DNA of 64,000 nt from an uncultured Nitrospira sp. (lineage in GTDB: Bacteria > Nitrospirota > Nitrospiria > Nitrospirales > Nitrospiraceae): positions 1,944 through 65,943 of the forward strand of contig CAZBNV010000006.1 of assembly GCA_964493335.1 (NCBI GenBank). Direction: 5' to 3'. The position numbers and the translations under genes were made by a program. The notes under the pieces were generated by a model, which was not told the DNA's origin, did no database searches, and saw nothing but the letters and a program-made list of their open reading frames with translations. Positions 17,431 to 25,359 of this stretch are shown piece by piece (the stretch's first letter is position 1; each line of letters opens with the position of its first letter).

Positions 17431-19164
17431 CTAGTCAGAAGGCTCTCGACCACCGGCGGGCAGGGTGTATCGTTCCTCAATCGCGGCGCGGATCAGCCGG
17501 CGGCTCTCGGGAGCCGGTACGACGTCTTGCTGTTCTATCTCCCGCACGTGATCCGCTAGTGTATCATCCTTGATACACTCTCTTATCCAGGCAGAGTAGT
17601 GATGGTTCACGAGATGATGGGTCCATGTCTCGTCATCCACCCCTTCGCCGATCTGCATGAAGAGTAGGAGGTTCTGGGCCCGCAGATTGAGGCTGCCTGT
17701 AGGACCCCTAAAGTAAAAGCTCCGGTTTGGCGGCAATTCGCCTTCGGCGTACTTCCGTCGGTGCCGGCGGCGTTCCATCGTACTCGGGGCGATCTCCAGC
17801 AGGAAAGGAGGTTCCTGCGAGGCGCGGTTCCACATCATCGCGCGGCCTGGCTCGAGGTCAGAACCTGCCAAGGCTGGGGCGGCCTGGTGAATCGCGGAGC
17901 AATAGGTCCCGATCGTCTTCTCTGGCGATTTTCCTAGGGCGAACACCATATCCGCGGTCTCGAGTATTGAAGGCTCAATCTGGTCGGGATGAACGGTGAC
18001 GTAGATCATGCCGGCTAACTCTTTCGCAAGGGCGAGTGCCGTGGGATTGCCGTCCGTAGGGAGCAGGTGGTGCGTTTCGTCCACCAGCATCCAATGCGGC
18101 CGGCCTCTCTTTGCGCGGAGTTCTTGGAGCTTGGGAAGCAATCCCAAAAAAAATGAGGGTCGGTCTTGTAGAGGCAGGCCGACGAGATTCACCACGACGT
18201 GGTTGTGGGGATTGGCCAAGGCCGTCAGAATTTCAGTGAGGCTAGGACCATCCTGCGCCGTACCGAGGACGATCGCCTGGGGAAAGTTTTCATAATCACC
18301 TTCCGGATCGATGACGCACGATTGATAACCTCGTTCGACGAGCCGCTCAAGCAGGCCGGTGGCGAGTGTGGATTTTCCGCTGCCGGAGGTCCCGGCAAGC
18401 AGTAGATTTTGTCGCGCCGGGTAGAGGTTCACGTCGTCGCCATTGTCCCGCTGTCCGAGGAGGATTCGATGCCTCGACACAGATTGTTCCGCAACCTCCA
18501 GGTCGTTCTCCACCAGGTCGTTGATGAGCTCGATGACGCCGATGCCATGGTCTCCGGCGGTAGTACGATCCGCCGTTTCTTTCAGCATAGGCACGGCGTT
18601 CGCGACGGCGACGCCATATTCGGAGAGCGTGAGCATGGCATGATCGTTTTCTCCATCGCCGATCGCCGCAATATTGTGCGGTGAGAGTTCCAACTCTTTG
18701 AGCGCGGCCGTCAGCCCCGTGGCTTTGTTGACCCCTGGAGAAAGCACCATGACGGCGCCTTTATTGAAAATAATGCGTAGCTCCAGGCCGAGGTCCCGGA
18801 TGATATCCAGAATGACGGTTTCATAAGGCACGCGGGTGGCGACGATGGAATGTCCGATGCTGAGATGCTGCACTCCTCGACGCTGCACTTCGTCCAGGAA
18901 GGCCGGGCGAGGGGCGGGGGCCAGCAGGGTAATTTCCTTGGTCGCGGGACGGTACAAGACCGCCCCGTTTTCCGCCACCACGCGTTCGCACAATGTGACC
19001 TGAGGAAAGATCTCCAACAGCTCCGGCAAGAGCCGACCCGTCACCAGAATCAATTTGCGACCGGATGCCACCAGGCGATCGATGGCGTCGACGGTGTCCG
19101 GAGTGACGGTTCCGTCGGAGGCCAAGGTTCCGTCATAGTCGGCTGCTAACGCTAGATACCGCAT
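17431..19164 (-). CDS. Fusion protein: HAD-IIB (Cof-type) phosphatase domain and a HerA/FtsK-like P-loop ATPase domain
   Basis: HAD motifs DYDGTL and GDGENDHAML. Walker A is AGTSGSGKST and Walker B is HWMLVDETHHL. I prefer ATG 19164 over TTG 19194 because the predicted TSS lies near 19207. Confidence 0.8.
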   Translation of the reverse strand: MRYLALAADYDGTLASDGTVTPDTVDAIDRLVASGRKLILVTGRLLPELLEIFPQVTLCERVVAENGAVLYRPATKEITLLAPAPRPAFLDEVQRRGVQHLSIGHSIVATRVPYETVILDIIRDLGLELRIIFNKGAVMVLSPGVNKATGLTAALKELELSPHNIAAIGDGENDHAMLTLSEYGVAVANAVPMLKETADRTTAGDHGIGVIELINDLVENDLEVAEQSVSRHRILLGQRDNGDDVNLYPARQNLLLAGTSGSGKSTLATGLLERLVERGYQSCVIDPEGDYENFPQAIVLGTAQDGPSLTEILTALANPHNHVVVNLVGLPLQDRPSFFLGLLPKLQELRAKRGRPHWMLVDETHHLLPTDGNPTALALAKELAGMIYVTVHPDQIEPSILETADMVFALGKSPEKTIGTYCSAIHQAAPALAGSDLEPGRAMMWNRASQEPPFLLEIAPSTMERRRHRRKYAEGELPPNRSFYFRGPTGSLNLRAQNLLLFMQIGEGVDDETWTHHLVNHHYSAWIRECIKDDTLADHVREIEQQDVVPAPESRRLIRAAIEERYTLPAGGREPSD

Positions 19165-19241
19165 CTCGCACGTCCCTCGCAAAATGTAGACCAACGCTGT
19201 CTCGGTACCGCTGACCCTATACTACTCCACCCCCCTGGAGA

Positions 19242-19259
19242 GCTAGGAGGTCTCCTAGG
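19242..19259 (-). promoter_or_regulatory. CTAG-palindrome box upstream of the HAD-ATPase gene
   Basis: GCTAGG-AGGTCT-CCTAGG. On the minus strand it is followed after 22 nt by TAGGGT (19214-19219). Confidence 0.7.
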
Positions 19260-19438
19260 CTGGTTTCGCGGCAGACTCTCTCCACCCCGCGACCCAGGAG
19301 TGCTGCAGAAATGCGGAGATCATGATGGAAGAAATCTGACCGCTATGAAGATTGGTAGAGCAGGACCGTCACCATAACAATGGCGGGTGAACAGAGGCCA
19401 GCACATCGGAAATGATTCCCCCCAGGGCTCCGGTGATA

Positions 19439-20986
19439 CTATGCCCGATCTTGTTTGATCGGGCTCAAGTCGCTCGTCGCAGGCCCGTTCAGCACTGTGC
19501 CGAATTTATCGAAGCGCGACCCATGACAGGGGCAGTCCCATGTTTTTTCGGTGTGGTTCCAGGCCACGATACAGCTGAGATGCGGGCAGACGGCGGAGCA
19601 GGTATGAAGGGTTCCTTGCTCGTCGCGGTAGGCGGCGATTTTTGTAAGCCCCTCCCTCAGCACGGCTCCCTGTTCGTTGGGAATTTTCTCTGCACTGTCC
19701 ACGTCGCCACCGGTCATCCAGTCGGCATATTGCGCCGCGACGTTCAGGTTTTCGCGCATAAACTCTCCGGCGGCGCGAATCGGCTGGCGGGACGGATCAT
19801 ACAGGGATGTCCAGGCCGACTCGCGGCCCATGATCAGATCGGTAATCAAAAGACCGGCGATGGTCCCGTGAGTCATCCCCATGCCGGAGTCACCAGTCGC
19901 AATGTACACATTGTCCGAATCGCCGGGGTTCCGGCCGATGAAGGCCAGGCCATCCACCGACTCCATCACTTGTCCGGACCATTGAAAGTCCACTGTCTGC
20001 ATCATAGGGAAGCGCTCGCGTGCCCAGGCCTCGAGTCGAGCATACCGAACCTCAGCATCGTCGGCTTGTCCAGCCTTGTGGTCCTCGCCGCCGACGATGA
20101 GGACAGCCTGCTCGCCTCCCTCTGGCAACGACTGCCGATGGATCCGCACATAGTGGTAGGGGTCGAGCGTATCCCATAATAAGGCAGGTTCAATCGATCC
20201 GACCGGTACGACCGCTCCAATGACGTAACTGATGTAGGCCGCCTGCTTCGTATGAATCGTCAACATATTGTTGATCGGAGTATTGGTGGCGATGACGACG
20301 GCATCCGCAGTCACCACGCTTCCCTGGCTCGTTTCCAGTTTGATCTTTTGACCGCTTTCGACGGTGGTGACATGCGCATCGCTGAAGACGCGCCCGCCAC
20401 CTGCCTGAATGGCCTTGAGCAAGCCGGACACATACTTCACAGGATGAAATTGAGCCTGCCTCGGAAACCGCAGGCAGGGCCCGGTCCTAAACATCTTCCC
20501 TGGCAACCGGTCGAGTCGCTCGACACCAGTGAGGCCGGCCCGTCTGGCAGCCTGCCATTCGTCCTCGATCAGGTTTCGGGCATCATCGGAAGGGGCAAAA
20601 AGATAACCGTCCAGCCTCATAAAGTCGCATGCGATCCGCTCCTCCAGGCGTATCTTGTCGATCCAATCAATGGCTGCCGTGTGACTCTCGGCCGCCAGTT
20701 GCGCGCCGGGCTTGCCATGGAGACGTTCTATTTCGACGTAGCGATCGTCGATGGCATTCGAGAGGTGCGCCGTCGTCCGCTGCGTCATACCTCCGCCAGG
20801 CTGTCCGGCGTCCAACAAGATGATGGACTTGCCCTCCTTCATCAGGCGGTAGGCCGTCGTGATTCCGGCAATGCCCGCACCCACAATGCACACGTCGGCG
20901 TGAGCTCCTACGACCAGTGGGGGCATGGCCGGCGCATCCTGTGACATCCAGAGCGAAATACTTTGTCCAGACTCGTTGTTCATCAT
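19439..20986 (-). CDS. FAD-dependent oxidoreductase (DAO family) with a C-terminal Rieske [2Fe-2S] domain
   Basis: Dinucleotide-binding motif VCIVGAGIAGITTA. Rieske motifs CPHLSC...CPCHGSRF. AAGGAG lies before the ATGATG start. Confidence 0.85.
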   Translation of the reverse strand: MMNNESGQSISLWMSQDAPAMPPLVVGAHADVCIVGAGIAGITTAYRLMKEGKSIILLDAGQPGGGMTQRTTAHLSNAIDDRYVEIERLHGKPGAQLAAESHTAAIDWIDKIRLEERIACDFMRLDGYLFAPSDDARNLIEDEWQAARRAGLTGVERLDRLPGKMFRTGPCLRFPRQAQFHPVKYVSGLLKAIQAGGGRVFSDAHVTTVESGQKIKLETSQGSVVTADAVVIATNTPINNMLTIHTKQAAYISYVIGAVVPVGSIEPALLWDTLDPYHYVRIHRQSLPEGGEQAVLIVGGEDHKAGQADDAEVRYARLEAWARERFPMMQTVDFQWSGQVMESVDGLAFIGRNPGDSDNVYIATGDSGMGMTHGTIAGLLITDLIMGRESAWTSLYDPSRQPIRAAGEFMRENLNVAAQYADWMTGGDVDSAEKIPNEQGAVLREGLTKIAAYRDEQGTLHTCSAVCPHLSCIVAWNHTEKTWDCPCHGSRFDKFGTVLNGPATSDLSPIKQDRA

Positions 20987-21062
20987 GATCTCCTTGCGTA
21001 GAGCCCTGTGCCGGGGGAACAGGGGTATTGGTGTGAGCCTAGAGGAGAGGGTGGAGAATACA

Positions 21063-21080
21063 GCTAGGCATGGACCTAGT
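21063..21080 (-). promoter_or_regulatory. CTAG-palindrome box serving the FAD-Rieske gene
   Basis: GCTAGG-CATGGA-CCTAGT. On the minus strand it is followed after 21 nt by TAGGCT (21036-21041), leaving a leader of about 43 nt. Confidence 0.7.
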
Positions 21081-21114
21081 TTTCATGATTCCGGATTCGG
21101 CCGCAGGGCCGGAG

Positions 21115-21132
21115 GCTAGGGATTATCCGAGT
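21115..21132 (+). promoter_or_regulatory. CTAG-palindrome box serving the ku operon
   Basis: GCTAGG-GATTAT-CCGAGT, followed after 22 nt by TATTTT (21155-21160). The predicted TSS is near 21167. Confidence 0.6.
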
Positions 21133-21207
21133 TGGCGGCGAGGATCTCTGTCGGTATTTTGTGGCAGCAATTGTGCTCACGTACCGCATGGAAGTGCAGC
21201 CGGTCAC

Positions 21208-21414
21208 ATGATGATCTGTCCCTATGACTGCAACCCCTGTTCCGACCCATCCTGTCGGCACGATGGGTGCAAGCAGGTCAGCGAGGCGGCGCATATGATC
21301 TGCGACGGCTGTGGTGAACCGGTGGGTTGTGTCAATTGTGTTCATCTGTGTGTGGCCTGTGTCCGTGTCTCCGACAAGTCTTTATCCCTGTTGAATAAAA
21401 ATAAGAAGGTGTAG
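21208..21414 (+). CDS. Possible cysteine-rich small protein (68 aa, 15 Cys) immediately upstream of ku
   Basis: The ORF starts at ATGATG 21208, about 41 nt after the predicted TSS, and ends 2 nt before the ku ATG. Sequence: MMICPYDCNPCSDPSCRHDGCKQ...CDGCGEPVGCVNCVHLCVACV. There is no strong SD and I recognise no family. Confidence 0.35.
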   Translation: MMICPYDCNPCSDPSCRHDGCKQVSEAAHMICDGCGEPVGCVNCVHLCVACVRVSDKSLSLLNKNKKV

Positions 21415-21416
21415 CC

Positions 21417-22277
21417 ATGCCCCGATCACTCTGGAAGGGCTCCATCAGCTTTGGCCTCGTCAATATTCCGGTCGTCCTCTATTCGGCGGAGAACCGGAAC
21501 AGCTTTGATCTCACCCTGTTGGACCGGCGTGACATGAACCCGGTCGGATTTAAGCGCTACAACAAGGAGACCGGCAAGGACGTGACGTGGGATCAGATCG
21601 TCAAGGGATACGAATATGAAAAGAGTCGGTATGTGGTTCTCACGGACGAGGATTTCCGCCGCGCGAATGTAGAAGCCACGCAAACCATCGACATCGTGAA
21701 TTTTGTCCGAGCCGAGGACATTGCACCCACCGCCTTTGAAACGCCCTATTACCTGGCGCCGGACAAACGAGGTGAAAAGGGTTATGCGCTCCTGCGCGAG
21801 ACCTTGAAAAAAACCAGCAAGGCCGCGATTGCCACGGTTGTCATTCGCACGAGACAGTATATTGCGGCGCTTATGCCTTGGAGCGACATGATGGTTCTGA
21901 ACACCCTGCGGTATGCGAATGAGCTTCGGTCCAGCAAAGACTTGGAGATTCCGTCCAAGAGCTTAAAGGCCGCCGGTGTGACGCCACGCGAGCTGGAGAT
22001 GGCCACGAAGCTGGTAGAGGAAATGTCGGATGCCTGGAAACCCGCTCAGTACAAGGATACCTATCATGACGATTTGATGCGGCTGATCAATAAGCGGATC
22101 AAAGCCGGAAAAACGGAAGTCATCACGCCTCCGTCAAAAGACCGGGAGGAAGAGAGGCCAGGCCGCGCCAAGGTCGTAGACCTCATGGCGCTCCTCAAGC
22201 GAAGTGTGCAGCAGCCCAGAAAAGCAAAACGGCATACGCCCAGGGGCGAGCGACATATCAGTCGCAAAACGGCATGA
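21417..22277 (+). CDS. ku: Ku protein (non-homologous end joining)
   Basis: The N-terminus RSLWKGSISFGLVNIPVVLYSA and the Ku core are followed by a basic C-terminal tail. Confidence 0.95.
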   Translation: MPRSLWKGSISFGLVNIPVVLYSAENRNSFDLTLLDRRDMNPVGFKRYNKETGKDVTWDQIVKGYEYEKSRYVVLTDEDFRRANVEATQTIDIVNFVRAEDIAPTAFETPYYLAPDKRGEKGYALLRETLKKTSKAAIATVVIRTRQYIAALMPWSDMMVLNTLRYANELRSSKDLEIPSKSLKAAGVTPRELEMATKLVEEMSDAWKPAQYKDTYHDDLMRLINKRIKAGKTEVITPPSKDREEERPGRAKVVDLMALLKRSVQQPRKAKRHTPRGERHISRKTA

Positions 22278-23413
22278 ATCGAGCCATGAAATCTGCCGCC
22301 CTCACCATTAAGAAGGCCGATTCACATCGATCCATAGAGGATTCTGTCCGCTCGGCCAAGGCCGCAGGTCTGCGCTATGTCGTCGACCTCGCGCCAGGAA
22401 TCGCTCGCCAGGGACAAGGCAAGAAGGCCTCCTACATTCGCCCCAACGGCACCATCGTCAGGGATTCAGGTTGCCTGAAAAGGATTCGCTCCCTCGTCAT
22501 TCCACCCGCTTGGACAGACGTCTGGATTTGCACGGATCCCCAAGGGCACCTGCAGGCGACGGGCCGGGATGCCAGAGGCCGCAAACAGTATCGTTATCAT
22601 CCCCGTTGGAACCACGTCAGAAATGAGACCAAATACGATCGTCTGCTCACCTTCGGTCGATTCTTGCCAAGGATACGCAGACGAGTGGCCGCAGACCTAA
22701 GACGTTCCGGTTTGCCACGAGATAAAATTTTGGCGACCGTCGTGCGACTGCTTGAAGTCACGTTGATCCGTATCGGCAACGAAGAGTATGCGCGGACAAA
22801 CGAGTCTTTCGGCTTGACGACGTTGCGGGATCGTCACGTGAAAGTGAAAGGCTCCACCCTACGATTTGAGTTTCGAGGGAAAAGCGGAGTCCGTCACAGT
22901 GTGGACATTACCGACCGGCGCTTGGCCCGCATTGTCAAACAAAGCCAGGATCTCCCAGGCTATGAACTGTTTCAGTACCTCGATGAGGAAGGGGCGCGTC
23001 GTTGCATCACCTCCAGCGATGTGAATGGGTACTTGCAGCGCATCGCGGGTCAAGAATTTACGGCGAAGGACTTCCGGACCTGGGCCGGCACGGTGTTGGC
23101 CGCACGGGCGCTCAAGGCATGTGAAGACCAATGCGAGTCTTTCACCAAGGCGAAACGAAACGTCGCCGCGGCGATCGGGGTGGTGGCCCAGCAGCTGGGC
23201 AATACGAAGGCCGTCTGCCGCAAATGTTATGTCCATCCTGAAATTGTTCAGGCCTACCTGGACGGAACTTTGGTGAATAGTCTCACCCGGACCATGCGAC
23301 AGGAATCGCCTCGATCTTTACGGCACCTCCCCCCAGAAGAAGCGGCCGTTCTTGGCTTTCTGCACGAGCGCATCCTGCCTTCAGTCGAGACCGCCGGAGG
23401 GAAATCATTATGA
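22274..23413 (+). CDS. DNA topoisomerase IB (bacterial/poxvirus type)
   Basis: ATGA overlap with ku. Motifs: AAGLRYV, RKQYRYHPRW, FRGKSGVRHSV, FTAKDFRTWAGT, and the catalytic Tyr region CRKCYVHP. Confidence 0.85.
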   Translation: MNRAMKSAALTIKKADSHRSIEDSVRSAKAAGLRYVVDLAPGIARQGQGKKASYIRPNGTIVRDSGCLKRIRSLVIPPAWTDVWICTDPQGHLQATGRDARGRKQYRYHPRWNHVRNETKYDRLLTFGRFLPRIRRRVAADLRRSGLPRDKILATVVRLLEVTLIRIGNEEYARTNESFGLTTLRDRHVKVKGSTLRFEFRGKSGVRHSVDITDRRLARIVKQSQDLPGYELFQYLDEEGARRCITSSDVNGYLQRIAGQEFTAKDFRTWAGTVLAARALKACEDQCESFTKAKRNVAAAIGVVAQQLGNTKAVCRKCYVHPEIVQAYLDGTLVNSLTRTMRQESPRSLRHLPPEEAAVLGFLHERILPSVETAGGKSL

Positions 23414-25329
23414 AAGGGTCGGCCACAGAGGTCGCGTCGGAACATCCACCTGACTATCGGGAGTCGGGGGGGGGCCGGAACCGACTCGGGGCTCAAGTTA
23501 TACATGAGGGCGTGCGATTCCGCTGTTGGGCCCCGAAGCCTGCGCAAGTGGAGGTAGTCCTTGAACCTCAAGGAACAGTTTATGCCCTGACCAGGGAGGC
23601 CGATGGACATTGGGCTGCAGTCGTACCCGAAGCAACGGCCGGCATGACATACCGATATCGCTTAGACGGAGGGGAACTCTATCCGGATCCTTGCTCACGG
23701 TTTCAACCCGAGGGGCCCCATGGGCCGTCATTGATCGTCGATGCTGAGGCTTTTGCTTGGAGGGATCACGACTGGCCTGGCCTTACCATGCACGGACAGG
23801 TGATCTACGAACTGCATATCGGCACCTTTACCCCTGGAGGGACATTTGATTCTGCCATCAGTCGCCTCGATGCGTTAAGGGATCTCGGCATCACCGTCAT
23901 TGAAGTGATGCCGGTCGCGGAATTTCCGGGTCGATGGAATTGGGGATATGACGGGGTCGGTCTTTATGCGCCGGCGCATGTCTATGGCGACCCTGAGGCT
24001 TTGAAACGATTTGTCGATGAAGCGCACCTGCGAGGGCTGGGTGTGATTCTCGACGTCGTTTACAACCATCTGGGTCCGGAGGGGAATTATCTGCCCGCGT
24101 TTAGCGATGATTACTTTACCGATCGCTATCCCAACGAGTGGGGGCAGGCGATCAATTTCGACGGACCTGGCTCTCAGGGAGTGCGGGAGTTTTTTATCCA
24201 GAATGCCTGTTACTGGATCGAGGAGTTTCATATGGATGGGCTCAGGCTGGATGCCGTGCATGCGTTCCATGATGCCGGTCCCGTTCATGTCGTCGCGGAA
24301 CTGTCCCAAGCGGCCAGGAAGGCGGCGGGAAAACGATCCATCATCTTGGTCGCCGAATGTGAGGCGCAGTGGGTCTGCACCATTCAGCCGGTCGCGCAAC
24401 AGGGGTGGGGATTGGATGGAGTCTGGAGCGAGGATTTCCACCATACGGCGCGCGTGGCGGCCACCGGGCGAAGCGAAGGTTATTACACCGACTATCGCGG
24501 CCGGCCGCAGGAACTCATTTCATGCGTCAAACGGGCGTTTCTCTATCAAGGGCAGCGATACCAATGGCAAGGCAAACCCCGGGGGACGGTCGTCGCGCGG
24601 GAGCCCGCGGAAGGCTTCGTGTTTTTTATCCAAAATCATGATCAAATCGCCAATCAGTTACGTGGAGATCGACTACACCAAAAAACCAGCCCGGGCGTCT
24701 CTCGCGCCTTGACGGCGCTGCTGCTATTGGCCCCCGAAACTCCGATGTTGTTCATGGGGCAGGAGTTCGCGGCTTCTGCGCCATTTTTATTCTTCGCCGA
24801 TTTTCCGCCTGGTGAACTCGCCGGGCAGATCCATCAGGGAAGGAAGGCGTTCCTGGCCCAATTCCCCAGCTATGGATCGCCGGACGCACAGGCAGCCATT
24901 GCTGATCCCTGCGATCCGGCCATCTTCCAACGTTCCAAACTCGATTGGTCAGAACGAGAACGGCATGCGGAGTGTTACAGATTGCATCAGGATCTGCTTC
25001 GGCTCCGGCGTAAAGATCCGGTCATCGCCCAACAGGCGCGGGACCGGGTGGATGGCGCCGTGCTCGGACCGTCGGCATTCGTACTGCGCTATGCCGGACA
25101 GGAGGGAGATGACCGGCTGCTGCTCATCAATCTTGGCGCAGATTGCAATTATCGTCCGGCCCCTGAGCCGCTGCTGGCTCCGCCAGCTGGCCGCGCCTGG
25201 TCGTTCGTCTGGTCCAGTGATGCGCCGGAATACGGTGGGCCGGGAGTCATCGCGCCCTTGACCGAGGAAGGATGGGTCATACCGGGCGGGTCGGCTGCTT
25301 TCTATGCCGTCCAGGGCCAGGAACAGTGA
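23410..25329 (+). CDS. treZ: Malto-oligosyltrehalose trehalohydrolase (GH13, TreZ type)
   Basis: ATGA overlap with the TopIB gene. VRFRCWAP (CBM48), IYELHIGTFT, WGYDGV, LDVVYNHLGPEGNY, DGLRLDAVHA. Confidence 0.85.
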   Translation: MKGSATEVASEHPPDYRESGGGRNRLGAQVIHEGVRFRCWAPKPAQVEVVLEPQGTVYALTREADGHWAAVVPEATAGMTYRYRLDGGELYPDPCSRFQPEGPHGPSLIVDAEAFAWRDHDWPGLTMHGQVIYELHIGTFTPGGTFDSAISRLDALRDLGITVIEVMPVAEFPGRWNWGYDGVGLYAPAHVYGDPEALKRFVDEAHLRGLGVILDVVYNHLGPEGNYLPAFSDDYFTDRYPNEWGQAINFDGPGSQGVREFFIQNACYWIEEFHMDGLRLDAVHAFHDAGPVHVVAELSQAARKAAGKRSIILVAECEAQWVCTIQPVAQQGWGLDGVWSEDFHHTARVAATGRSEGYYTDYRGRPQELISCVKRAFLYQGQRYQWQGKPRGTVVAREPAEGFVFFIQNHDQIANQLRGDRLHQKTSPGVSRALTALLLLAPETPMLFMGQEFAASAPFLFFADFPPGELAGQIHQGRKAFLAQFPSYGSPDAQAAIADPCDPAIFQRSKLDWSERERHAECYRLHQDLLRLRRKDPVIAQQARDRVDGAVLGPSAFVLRYAGQEGDDRLLLINLGADCNYRPAPEPLLAPPAGRAWSFVWSSDAPEYGGPGVIAPLTEEGWVIPGGSAAFYAVQGQEQ

Positions 25330-25359
25330 TGGGACAGACAGCACCGGCGGACAGGAATT

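Noticed and set aside
21070-21345. The full-length 114-aa plus ORF starting at 21070, and the 89-aa minus ORF 21076..21345.
   Set aside because: The 21070 start lies inside the CTAG box, upstream of the predicted TSS. The minus ORF would run into the divergent promoter and has no SD. Only the 21208 start is retained, and at low confidence.
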